Shown here: in pieces, positions 1-11,263 of the stretch
How the letters are laid out: every line of letters starts with the position of its first letter
Position numbering within the stretch: the stretch's first letter is position 1
DNA from: Chiloscyllium plagiosum
Taxonomy: Eukaryota
DNA: 57,036 nt
Direction: 5' to 3'
NCBI RefSeq assembly: GCF_004010195.1
Contig: NC_057711.1
Coordinates: forward strand, 68,949,257-69,006,292
The notes under the pieces: generated by a model
What the model was told of the DNA's origin: nothing
Databases searched by the model: none
The model's input: the letters and a program-made list of their open reading frames with translations, nothing else
Translations under genes and position numbers: made by a program

Positions 1-190
1 GGTTTGCTTGCTGAGCTGGAAGGTTCATTTTCAGACACGTCATCACTATGCTAGGTAACATGTTCAGTGGAACTCCAGACAAAGCATTGGTGGTGTAGCC
101 TGCTTTCTATTTATATGTTTGGGTTTCCTTCAGTCATTTCCTACAGTGATGTCATTTCCTGTTCTTTTTCTCAGTGGGTGGTAAATGACA
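1..190 (-). mobile_element. Penelope-like element 3' end/pLTR (same family as 31115-31868), cut by window edge
   Basis: Reverse complement matches the 3' region of the GIY-YIG element at 31690-31865 (GGTTTGCTTGCTGAGCTGGAAGGTTCATTT vs AAATGAACCTTTCAGCTCAGCGAGCAAACC). It carries a degenerate hammerhead core. Confidence 0.8.
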
Positions 191-544
191 AAAAAAGTGA
201 GAAAGTTTCTGATAGCAAGGAAGGAAGGAAACACCTCATACCACATTGAATGGCTAAGGTTTTCACTTTGCAATGTCAGATCTAAGTAAATATGTAAAAG
301 CTGTATGTAGAGGAAGTCTGAAGGACAGGATCCTGAATAGTTACCTCATACAAGAAAAAGAAATAAGTGAGAAATTAGAAAAAAAACAAGAACATGGTAC
401 AAAGGTTTGGAGGTGAGGTGGATATGTACAGAGATTACAATAAAATTGTTGAATTTTATTTAATTTTAATTGTTGAATTTTAATTATTGTCAGTTAATAT
501 TGACTGAGAAGATCTCACAGTATCCCGTCAATAGGGGCCATTTC

Positions 545-820
545 TCAAACTTGTATTGAATTTCATTTCATTGCCCCAAAGACAGAAAGGTCATAATTGA
601 AGCAAATGAAGAATAAGAAAGCGACTGGATGCTTGGGCTTACTTTGAAGTCAGGGAGAGGAGTTCCACAAAGTGGTCACTCTCTCTGCCTTGGTCTTCCC
701 ACTATAGAGAAGACTACATTATTCTCAATTTAAAGAAGTATCTGCAAATCATGTTTTAGCTGGAAGGAACATTTGTCATCTTGGAGAATGAAGAAGGTAA
801 AGGACGGCTGTTACATTTCT
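545..820 (-). mobile_element. Old degenerate Penelope-like (Neptune-type) GIY-YIG fragment
   Basis: Weak similarity to the minus-strand GIY-YIG region at 52760-52960 (e.g. TCTTCCCACTATAGAGAAGACTACAT vs TCTCCCCAATATAGAGGAGGCCACAT). Confidence 0.55.
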
Positions 821-1454
821 TCTACTTACTTAATAATTCCTTCCACATTGTATCAATGCCATGCATGCAATAAATTCCATCTTCTTCACACAGAGTTTAC
901 ACCCCCAGGGAGCTTGTACAGAAAATTAGGGCATACTCACACCACGCTCTTTCATCCATAAACATAAATGATTAGAAAGTCATATAGCTGCTGGGCCATA
1001 TGCACAGACGTGTGCCAGTATGATAAGCTCTGTCAACATCAGTAAAGACAAAATAACAACTTAATGAACTGGATTTCACATCATTAAGCTTTTATCCAGT
1101 AATTTTATATATTTGTTTGTTGCATCTGTTTATTTCTTAGCTCACATTTATTGTAGCATTCCATCTCACTAGCCACTTTGCACAGTATATACTCAGTACC
1201 GGCTTTATTTGTGAGATTATTCATCAGTTATGTTCTGCAATGGCACTGTTTAAATGTCAATATTTTTATCTCATCGGTTTTATTATTTGTAGCTCATTAG
1301 TTTGCCTCATCTTAAGCATGCAACATAATGTTTATTATTCAACTTAATGTATAGCAGTTAATCAGGTGCATTTAATTTACAATAGAATAATTTTGTATTG
1401 TGTCTCAATTACTGTCATTTATTCTATGTTATTTGCCATTCTAAATGAGAAAGT

Positions 1455-2160
1455 CAGAGGCCTGACAATTCCTAAAGGCCTGCTCAACCAGCACAAGTAT
1501 TTGGCTGTGGAATTCCAGATTGTGCTAAATCTAATCCAAGAGCTCCTACTCTCAGTTTTGTGGCCGATGATGACATCTTACGTGTGGGCTTGAAAACGGG
1601 AGTTGATTCCTCAAATGGGGGCAGGACCCAGAATGGCATATTAATCACCATCTGATTAAGGCCCTCAAGAGCTGGCAGATGGCTCAGAGTTTTAGCAGTG
1701 ACACCATAACACCACTAGTGGTGGCTATTGCTGTGGCTGTAACTCCTAATTGCTCCTAATTCAATATCAACTCACCTTCGAAGGGCAGATAAGTGTGATT
1801 GGGGGATGCTGAAGCCAGACAGGCATGCCCTTGTGATTATGGGAGAGGGGTTGTTAACTTCTGGCAGCAGATGATGAAGCCAGCAATGGAAGCCAAGAAG
1901 CATCACCGTAACCCTCTGGAAACACCCTGGAACACACCAGAAGGCCAGCAAGTTCCATTCAGTGTCACACTCTCCCAACACAAGCAAAATACCTGAGAAG
2001 GTGAAAATGTCCCTTAATTGGCCTTAAGTTCTCAGTGGACAGCCAAGCTGGAAATACAGCATGGCATTGGGAAGAGCTCTCCTCCCAATACCTCCCCAGC
2101 GATTCTGCCAGCCTTCTCCACTCCCAGTTCATCACCAGCAGGCCAGAAAATTTCATTTCC
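1455..2160. repeat. Unclassified GC-richer interspersed repeat (possible non-autonomous DNA element)
   Basis: Abrupt GC rise over the AT-rich flanks and internal TTAAGGCC/GGCCTTAA quasi-palindromes. Resembles a common shark repeat from memory; termini not verified. Confidence 0.35.
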
Positions 2161-2411
2161 TTGTGTCAAATATGAGCAGGAACTTTGAATTAATCAGATG
2201 TTCTACACATTAATTACTCAGTCTGCATTTGGCCTGTCCATTACAGAGAAATCTGTGATATGAACAGCAAATATTATATATTAAATTGGAAGCGGCACAG
2301 TGTAAATTGCAGTCTGGGAAAAGTCTCTGGAACCTTGGCAATGAGATGGATGAAAGTAAAAGGGCAACTGTGGCATTTTCTGCATTTACATAAGAGAGTG
2401 ATCATGTGACT

Positions 2412-2672
2412 TCTTATTTATTATTCATTCAAGGGCTTTATTTGTTGAGTCAGCACTTATTGATTGTCCCTAATTGCCCTTGAGAAGCTTGTAATGAACT
2501 GTTTATTTGAACCGCTGGAGTCTATTTGGTGTAGGTAGACACCAAATGCCAATAGGGAGGGAGTTTCAAGATTTCGATCCAGCCACACTGTGATATACTT
2601 CCACGTCAGGATGGTGAATGTCTTGGAGAGGAACTTACAAGCGTTCCCTTGAATCTGATGCTTTTGTCCTTC
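2412..2672 (-). mobile_element. 3' end of CR1-clade LINE family (partner of the tRNA-SINE)
   Basis: TTATTCATTC...CCCTAATTGCCCTTGAGAAG...GAACCGCTG is homologous to 49735-50000. Confidence 0.7.
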
Positions 2673-2769
2673 AGATCATCAAACTGTCTTTGACTACCCT
2701 AGGACCTACCTGGCACCTTAACCTTACATTTATTTTACTTACTGTTTGACAGAGCACAAATAAAGTTAT

Positions 2770-3848
2770 TGTTTCTAGAAGATATGAGAAGTTGGCAGAT
2801 AGGAGAGATGGGGATAAAAGGGTCCTTCTCAGGATGGCAACCAATGACAGGTGGTGTCCTGCAAAGCTCAGTGTTGGGATCACAACTTTTCACTTCATAT
2901 ATAAACGAACTTGGTGAAGGAACTGGGCATTCTGGCTAAGTTTACAGACAATACAAAGATAAGTAGAGGGACAGGTAGCATGGTGGAGGTGGGGAGGTTG
3001 CAGAAGGATTTGGACAGGTTAGGAGAGTGAGCAAAGAAATGGCAGATGGAGTACAATGTGGGAAAGTGAGGTCATGCACTTTAGTAGGAAGAATAGAGGT
3101 ATGGACTACTTTCTAAGCAAGGAAAAAATTCAGAAGCTTGAAGTACAAAGAGACTTGGGAATTCTAGTCCAGGATTCTCTCCAGGTAAACTTGCAGGTTG
3201 AGTCAGTAAGGCAAATGCAATTATGTCATTTAATTTGAGAGGACTTGAATACAAAAGCAGAGATGTACTTCTGAGGTTCTATAAGGCTCTGGTCAGACCT
3301 TTGGAGTATTGTGAGCAGTCTTGGGCCCCATTTCTCAGGAAAGATATACTGGCCCTGGAGCATGTTCAGAGGAGGTTCACGAGAATGGTCCTAGGAATGA
3401 AAAGTTTAATGTTTGAGGAACGTTTGAGGACTCTGAGTCCATACTCACTGGAGTTTAGAAGGATGGTGGGGGGTGTGGAAACTTAATTGAAACTTACAGA
3501 ATATTGAATAACCTGAACAGAGTAGATGTTGGGAAGATGTTTCCATTGGTAGGACAGACTAGAACCCATGGGCACAGCCTTATAGTAAAGGGAAGACCTT
3601 TTAGAACGGAGATAAGGAGAAACTTCTTCAGCCAGACAGTGGTGAATGTATAGAATTCACTGCCACAGAAGACTGTGGAGGCCAGGTCATTGAGTGTACT
3701 TAAGACTGAGATAGACAGGTTCTTGAGCATGAAGGGGATCAAGGGTTATGGAGAGAAATTGGCAAAGTGGCATTGAGAAACTCATCAGCCATGATTGATT
3801 GGTAGAGTAGACTCGAGGGGCTGAATGACCGAATTCCTGCTTCTACGT
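2770..3848 (+). mobile_element. CR1 LINE, 5'-truncated, degenerate RT C-terminus and 3' UTR
   Basis: ORFs 3056-3238 and 3223-3486 give RGLEYKSRDVLLRFYKALVRPLEYC...LEHVQRRFTRM, typical of the CR1 ORF2 C-terminus; frameshifted. Confidence 0.92.
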
Positions 3849-4588
3849 CCACACTGTGGACATTCTATAAATTTTAACCAAAATTTGCACACCTTGGTGT
3901 TTATTTACAAGAATTACACAATATAATGTACATCTTCCAAAAGTCTGAGTCCTCAAGTGAACTCCCAATTCATTGTCAACACTACGATAACAGCAATCAT
4001 GCCTCTTCGACTTCTTTAGCACTCCTCTGCCCCAGGAAGATGGAAAGTGCTAATTTGTAGCAACACAGCAGCAATATTTCACTAGGTCCCTTCATGATCA
4101 TTCATATCTGCAGACACATTAAATCCTGAAATAATAAACCTTGTGAATTTCATTCCATAGCAAAGTTTATCAAACGAGTAAATGCCTTCACATGATACCC
4201 CTTTCATTCCTCATATTCATCATCAAATTGCACGAGAAAAGGTTACATAACTCCTGAGAGAGTCATTGAATCAGGGGAAGAAAACAGATAGATATGAATT
4301 GAATGCAAAGATGAGTAATTAACTCAGTGTATTTAAAGTATAAAAGAGGATGTTTTAAATAAACTAATCATACATAAAGAGAATAAAGTTTGTAAGTATA
4401 ACCTTCTACCCCTGACAGGTTTCTCTCTTGTTTGGATATGATAATTGTAATAAAAAAAAGACAGTGTTCAAAGCACTAAAAGAACACTAATGTCTTTACC
4501 ATGTTGTTAGGAATACTAACAATGCAATATTCAAGGCTTGTCCAACATTGTTTCTCCTGGTTTCTCCAAGTCACTGGAGTAATAACAT

Positions 4589-4800
4589 GGAGAGAGAGAG
4601 AGAGAGAGAGACAGAAAGAGTTTGAGGGAAGGCAAGAGAGAATGTATGTGCAGCAGTAAAAGAGAGAGTGTGTGTGTACACGTGAGAGGGTTAGGCCATA
4701 GAAGACAGCGAGGCGGAAACAGCGTGTGTCAGAAGCAGTGGAAGGCAGAGTGGGAGAAATTGAAGGAGAGCAAGAATGTGTAGAACACAGTGAGAGAGTA
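4589..4800. repeat. (GA)n/(GT)n microsatellite and purine-rich low-complexity tract
   Basis: GAGAGAGAGAGAGAGAGAGAGACAGAAAGAG and GAGAGAGTGTGTGTGT are seen directly. Confidence 0.85.
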
Positions 4801-6299
4801 GAGTCGTAGAGTCATAGAGATGGACAGCATGGAAACTGACCCTTTGGTCCAACCCGTCCATGCCGACCAGATATCCCAACCCAATCTAGTCCCACCTGCC
4901 AGCACCAGGCCCATATCCCTCCAAATCCTTCCTATTCATATACCCATCCAAATGCCTCCACCACTTCCTCTGGCCACTCATTCCATACACATATCACACT
5001 CTGTGTGAAAATGTTGCCCTGTCGGTCTTTTTTATATCTTTCCCATCTCACCCTAAACCTATGTCCCCTAGTTCTGGACTCCCCGACCCCAGGGAAAAGA
5101 CTTTGCCTATTTACCCTATCCATGCCCCTCATAATTTTGAAAACCTTCATAAGGTCACTCCTCAGCCTCTGATGCTCCAGGGAAAACAGCCCCAGCCTGT
5201 TCAGCCTCTCCCCATAGCTCAAATCCTCCAACCCTGGTATCAATCTTGTAAATCTTTTCTGAACCCTTTCAAGTTTCACAACGTCTTTCTGATAGGAAGG
5301 AGACTTGAATTGCATGCAATATTCCAACAGTGGCCTAATCAATCTCCTGTACAGCCGCAACATGACCTCCCAACTCCTGTACGCAACATGACCTCCCAAC
5401 TCTGACCAATAAAAGAAAGCATACCAAACACCTTCTTCACTATCCTATCTGCCTGCGACTCCACTTTCAAGGAACTATGAACCTGTACTCCAAGGTTTCT
5501 TTGTTCAGCAACACTCCCTAGGACCTTACCATTAAGTGTATAAGTCCTGCTAAGATTTGCTTTCCCAAAATGTAGCACCTCACATTTATCTGAATTAAAC
5601 TCCATCTGCCACTTCTCAGCCCATTGGCCCATCTGGTCCAGATCCTGTTCTAATCTGAGGTAACCCTCTTCGCTGTCCACTACACCTCCAATTTGGTGTC
5701 ATCTGCAAACTTACTAACTGTACCTCTTATGCTCGCATCCAAATCATTTATATAAATGACAAAAAGTAGAGGACCCAGCACTGATCCTTGTGGCACTCCA
5801 CTGGTTACACACCTCCAGTCTGAAAAGCAACCCTCTACCACCACCCTCTGTCATCTACCTTTGGGCCAGTTCTGTATCCATATGGCTAGTTCTCCCTGTA
5901 TTCCATGAGATCTAACCTTGCTAATCAGTCTCCCATGGGGAACCTTGTCAAATGCCTTGCTGGAGTCCATATACATCACATCTACAGCTCTGCCCTCATT
6001 AATCCTCTTTCTTACTTCTTCAAAAAACTCAATCAAGTTTGTGAGACATGGTTTCCCCTGCACAAAGCCATGTTGACTATCCCTAATCAGTCCTTGCCTT
6101 TCCAAATACATGTACATTCTGTCCCTCAGGATTCCTTCCAACAACTTGCCCACCACTGACTTCAGGCTCACTGGTCTGTAGTTCCCTGGCTTGTCCTTAC
6201 CACCCTACTTAAACAGTGGCACCACGTTAGCCAACCTCCAGTCTTCTGCCACCTCACCTGTTACTATCAATGATACAAATATCTCAGCAAGAGGCCCAG
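4800..6299 (-). mobile_element. HER1-type CR1 LINE, 5'-truncated RT domain plus 3' tail
   Basis: Minus-strand ORFs 5851-6171 (SQHGFVQGKPCLTNLIEFFEE...DSSKAFDKVPH), 5339-5680 (WAEKWQMEFNSDKCEVLHFG) and 4932-5399 (RPLLEYC...LERVQKRFTR). The tail is (TCTATGAC)-like repeats. A short internal duplication lies at ~5357-5401. Confidence 0.95.
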
Positions 6300-6499
6300 T
6301 ATTTATTCATAAATACTCAAACTTAATATATTGTATTTGATGCTCACAATGCAATCTGCTCTACATTCTGGAGAACAATTGAAGATGTGCAGAAGGCCTT
6401 CATTCAGTCTGTAAGTGTGAATCTGAGCTTCTGCTTATCTGTCATCTTAATTCTCAACCGTGCTTTTACACTAATCTCTGTCCTTGGCCTAATCAGTCT

Positions 6500-7765
6500 C
6501 CTTCCTCTGGCCTTTCCCCATAGCACAACAATTTTCTTCTTCTTCAACTTCTTTTTGAAAGTTATTACTGAATCGACTTCCACCACCGTTCAAACAGGGC
6601 ACTCCAGATCATATCTACTGAACGCTTAAAATAATCTCATCTCACCACTAGTTCTTTTGGCAACTTCCTTAAATTTGTATCCTGTGGTTTCTGACCCTCC
6701 TGCCACTATAAACAAATTCTCCTTATTTATTCTTATCAGAACTCGGTGATTTTGAACACCTCTATTAACCATAACAAAATCGAACCACGGAAAAGTTACA
6801 GTGTAGAAAGAAACCATTCAGCGTATCGTGTCTGCACAGGCCAGAAAACAAAACTCTCCATTCTTATCCTACTTGTTAGAACCAGATCCATAGCCCTGCA
6901 GGTTACAGAAGGTGCAGATCCTCGTGCCTTTTAAACTAGGTGAGGGCTTCTGCCTCCACCATCAAGTGAATTGCAAACACCCTCTGGGTGACAATGCTTT
7001 TCCTCATGTCCTCTCTAATCTTTCTATCAATCACCTGAAATCCATGTCCCCTGTTCATTGACCTCACTGTTAGGGGAAACAAGTCTTTCCTGTCTCCCCC
7101 ACCTAGACACATCATAATATAGCACACTTTAACGAAGTCAAAGCCTCTTTTGTTCGAAGGAAAACAACCCAAGCCTCTTTCCTCATTGCCTCAATTTTAA
7201 ACATCGGAGAGCATTCTTATAAATTTCCATCCTGTAATGTGGCAACCAGAACTGTGCACAAAGAATCAGCTGTGGCCTAACTAGTGTTTTATACAATTCC
7301 AGCAGTTGCATCCCTCTTTGTGTATTCCCTTGCTTTGTTTCTCCTCCCCAAATGCATTATCTCACACGTCTCTTGTTTTAATTACATTTGGCACTATTCC
7401 ATCCACTCAACCAAATCACTGAGCCTTGTGGAATGGCACAGAAACCATTTTCCATTTACAAATACATCCATTGATCATTACCTTATGTTTCCTATCTCTG
7501 AGCCAGTTTTATATGCAACTCACTGCACTCCCATGAATCCTATGGGATTTTACGTTTCCAACAGATTGCCAAGTACAAACCTACCAATAACCTTGTTAAA
7601 ATCTATGTAGACAACATGTACTGCACAACCCTCAACAGTCCTCTTTGTTACACCCTCACAAAATTTACTTAAGTTAATAAATTTCAAACGTTTCTTAACA
7701 AAACTATGTTGACTGCACCTGATTAATCCATTCCCACCTAAGTGACACTTGATCTTGTCTTCAGA
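6500..7765 (-). mobile_element. Cluster of old, highly diverged CR1 fragments
   Basis: Recognisable 3' UTR and RT remnants (e.g. TGTGGCAACCAGAACTGTGCACA, AAAATCTATGTAGACAACATGTACTGCA). Confidence 0.65.
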
Positions 7766-7794
7766 ACTGGTTCTATTAATTGGCAGACATCAGG

Positions 7795-8607
7795 TGCAAT
7801 GACTCCACACAGGCCGATATCCAGTCACCATTTAGTTACACATAATACTTGACAATGATCCAGCTTATTCACGGTTCTCCTCTGCTCCTCCTAATTGTTT
7901 TTTTCTTTTTTTCTTTTATTTTTCTTTTAGCACCCATGTCGTGTGTGTACAGGTGTCAGACACAGTGAAAAACAACAAGTGTGTAAATCTTTATTTATAT
8001 TCAACCACCAGGAAAAGAGGAAACACCTGAGTGGCCAGTGACAAGCAGTGCCCTTCTCAGAGGGCAATGCTGCAGATCAAAGAGTGAAGGGAGAGGGCAG
8101 GGATTAAATCAAAATAGAGTTGGACTGGGAAATAATACACTCCACTCCCTGCGGTGCCCACCTTTCCCTGAAAATCTCAAGGGTGTTAGTGAACACCGTG
8201 TACTCCTTCTCCAAGGACACCCGGGCTCTGACATAACCGCAGAAGAGGGGCAGGCAATCGGCCCTAATGACCCCCTCCACGGCCCGCTGCCTGGACCTGT
8301 TTATGGCCAGTTTGGCCAGGCATAGGCTTCACCTGTCCATTTTTCCCCCACAAATCAGTTTATTTTATAGCAAATCTCATCACATTAAAGTTCCCTTTTT
8401 ATTAATAAATACAAAAAGGCGAGTAAAAACCATTGGAAATGTACAACAATGAAGTGGAGGCAGGGCATCCTAGGACTTCACTAGAGTTCGTTCCCTCCTG
8501 TTTGTATTTGTCAGCTAGGGTACCCTGTTTGGACCAGATTAACAGCCTCAATCAGGGAAGTGACATTCTATGAGGTCCACCTGGCTGATCTCATTACAAT
8601 CACTGCA
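7795..8607 (-). mobile_element. Solo LTR (TG...CA), split by internal insertions at ~7871-8495
   Basis: Starts TGCAATGACTCCACAC at 7795 and ends ...CATTACAATCACTGCA at 8607. The two halves resemble a common shark LTR family recalled from memory. TSD unclear. Confidence 0.6.
7897..8321 (-). mobile_element. Tx1-clade (L1 group) non-LTR retrotransposon 3' end with A-rich tail
   Basis: My own translation of minus 8319->8104 is open for 71 codons: LAKLAINRSRQRAVEGVIRADCLPLFCGYVRARVSLEKEYTVFTNTLEIFRERWAPQGVECIISQSNSILI*. This resembles Tx1 ORF2 C-termini and is followed by a 3' UTR and an A-rich tail (T-rich on + at 7898-7928). Confidence 0.8.
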
Positions 8608-8609
8608 TT

Positions 8610-10335
8610 AGATGCAAATGGATTTTTATTCAGGTTGGGAATGATGTAACGACTGGTTTGCTATTGGATCTGTGTTGGGAACAACACTGTTTACAATTCA
8701 TATGAATTACTTGGATGAAGAGATGGAAAGTATAGTTGCAGAACCTGTTGACAACACAAAAAGGAGGAAAATAAATTGTGCAAAGGAATCGAAGCGGGTT
8801 ACAAAAAGATAGTGACAGATTAAGTGAATGATAAAGAGGTAACGGAGTAAAATGTGGGAAAATGTGAAATTATGCATTTTGTCACGAACAATATAAATGA
8901 AACATTTTACCTAAATGGTGAGAGATTGCAGAACTTCTGAGATAAGTAGATCTGTGGGTAATTATGCTGGAGGCAGCTCACAGCAATTTTACTGGATTAA
9001 TACCTGGAACGGACAGATTGTCATTTTTGGAAAGTTTGGATGGGCTAGGTCTGTACCTATTATGGTTTAGAAGAATACGATGCAACTTGATTGAAACATA
9101 AAAATCCTGTGGGGCTCTGACAGGTGGATGTGGAGAGCTCCCTTATGGGGGATTCTAGACATTGTTTAAAAATTAGGGGTCACCCATCTACAACAGAGAT
9201 TAGGTAATTCTTCTTCTTTCAGAGGGTCTTATTTCTTTGAACCACTTTTTCCTGAAGCAATCCTTGAATATTTTATGTATTAAAGGGTCCAGTATTGAGA
9301 TCTTTGTTTTTCCTAATTGAGATTAATGTTCTGGATCTTGGTGTGCAGGGGACAATTTCAAAATTTGCAAATGACAGTAATCTTACAATATGAAACTCCA
9401 AAAAGATATTGACAAGTTGCTGGAGTGGGTAGATAGGTGGCAGGTGAGAGTCAAAGTGGAAAAGTGTAATATGGTCAGAAGAACATTGAAAGGCAATACA
9501 AAATAGGGAATATAATTCTAAAGGGGTACAGGACCAGAGGGACTGAGGTGCATCTGTGCACTGATCACTGAAGGTGGCAGGACTGCTGGAGTCAGCAGTT
9601 AATAAAGCATAAAGTGACCTCATCTTTATTAATAGGATCATAGAATACAAGAGTAGAGAGCTGATGTTGAACTTGTACAAGACACTTGTTAGATCTCAAT
9701 TGGAGTATTGTGTACAGTTGTGAGTGCCACATCACAGGAAAGATGTAAATCCATTGAAAGTAGCATAAAATTGATTTAGAAGAATGGTCCTGGGGATGAA
9801 AACTTCTGTTATGAAGATAGATTAAAGAAGTTGGGAACATTCTTCTTTGAGTTTTCAAAATTATTTCTGAGCTGACAGAGTAGCTAGGGAGAAGCTGTTC
9901 CTGCTCATTAAGGAAAAAAAAGGCATAGATTTAAAGTGATGTGCAAATGATGCAAGGGCGGTGTGAGAAACATCTTTTTCACTCAGCAAGTAGCTGGGAT
10001 ACTGAATGCAGTTTTTTGGAAATGTAGTGGAGGCAGGTTCAATCATGGCATTCAAGAGAGTATTGCATGATTATTTAGATAGTAATGGTGTGCAAGTGTA
10101 TGGGGAAAGGGCAGGAGAGTGGCTTGAATCAGAATTGGTGCAGGCACAATGGGCAAAATGGCCTTCAATACCAGAACAATTCGGTCATTTTCGGTGGTAG
10201 ATAGATTCTTGTTAAGCGGTGAAAGGTCATCAGGAGTCAGTCAGAGAGCGTATGTGAGATTACAATCAGTTCAACCATGATCTTATTGAATGGCAGCAGA
10301 CTTGACAGGCTGGATGCTCTACTCTTGCTCCTTAC
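8610..10335 (+). mobile_element. Two or more old CR1 LINE copies in tandem
   Basis: RT and 3' remnants, e.g. GAATACAAGAGTAGAGAGCTGATGTTGAACTTGTACAAGACACTTGTTAG, TTGGAGTATTGTGTACAG, GTAGTGGAGGCAGGTTCAATC. Confidence 0.8.
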
Positions 10336-10756
10336 GTGTGTTTGTAAGTATGCGTGCATGTTTCACGCATGCTGTCCAATTGAAGCATGTATAAAACTAG
10401 AACATCTTTTGAAATGTAATGGTCGGGCACTGAACTACAACTGCAGTTAATAATTTTAAACTTCATCCTCATAGTCAAATGGCTAGATGGATTTCTTTCT
10501 AATTCACTCTGTATTGTGGAATTGAACATGGTAATTCCGAGGAGTGCTATCTGCAAACTAAGTATCGGTGTTGCAACTTTGCTGTAAAAGTTGAAGTACC
10601 TCACTTTAAGTTCTTCAAGGGTGTCTTCCAGCCACGTTTGGTGCACTGCACGACTCCCCGAATAACTTAAATGATTTGTTTTTCTACAAGCAGGCTAGAG
10701 AAATCGTGAAGACGTGTAACAAAATAAGTAACAACATTTATATTTTCTCGTTCCAA

Positions 10757-10870
10757 TGCAGGGTCACTCGACCTAAAATGTTAACTCTGACTTCTCTGCA
10801 CAGATGCTGCCACACCTGCTGAGCTTTTCCACCAATTTCTGTTTTTGTTTCTGATTTCGGGTTTTGTTTC
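10757..10870 (+). mobile_element. Short PLE-derived element (family 'GAAACGTTAACTCTG...CACAGATGCTGCC')
   Basis: Homologous to copies at 34438-34575 (-), 43290-43425 (+) and 46935-47030 (+). Confidence 0.65.
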
Positions 10871-11068
10871 TGTTATCCATTAGTTATGTGATTAAAAATT
10901 AAAATATTTTAAAAATCTGTCATCTTTTGTTCTTATTAAAGGCTTCATCTCGCACCATAAAGTTGATTATTTTGACAGTACTGGATTCATACGAAATGCA
11001 ATACATGTATTGAACCTGCCGGATTGCCGTCCGCATGCGTATTGGGACCGGAACGCAAATGATTTGCA

Positions 11069-11187
11069 GAGTAGCTCCGGGCCACCTTCCGCGCTGCTCC
11101 ACGAGCTCCGGGCCGCGTTCCATTTCCTTTCACGAGCTCCGGGCCGCGTTCCATTTCCTTTCACCAGCTCCTCGCCGTGTTCCATTT
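11069..11187 (+). repeat. 31-bp tandem minisatellite (about 4 units) in the promoter/5' UTR
   Basis: CACGAGCTCCGGGCCGCGTTCCATTTCCTTT is identical at 11100-11130 and 11131-11161, with degenerate units at 11069-11099 and 11162-11187. Confidence 0.95.
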
Positions 11188-11203
11188 CACGTCGTCGTGC
11201 AAC

Positions 11204-11263
11204 ATGGCATCGGCGGCGGCAGCAGCAGCAGCAGAAGTAGCGCCGGTGAATGTCAACAATGAG
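11204..11263 (+). CDS. Probable first exon of an unidentified gene: MASAAAAAAAEVAPVNVNNE (N-terminus or uORF)
   Basis: Strong Kozak AACATGG, 20 open codons with a GCG/GCA poly-Ala run, ending at a phase-0 donor GAG|GTGGGT inside the CpG island. The product is not recognised. Confidence 0.5.

Noticed and set aside
941..1029. Minus-strand exon-like unit with a GTGAGT donor
   Set aside because: Stops occur in all three frames and there is no supporting context.
11069..11187. CRISPR-like array
   Set aside because: Units are directly adjacent with no unique spacers, there are no cas genes, and the context is eukaryotic.
11250..11263. Identification as the adenosine kinase short-isoform first exon (MTSVR-like, phase 2)
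   Set aside because: Only five residues of loose similarity, and I found no ENILFGMGNPLLD exon in the window, so no gene symbol is assigned.
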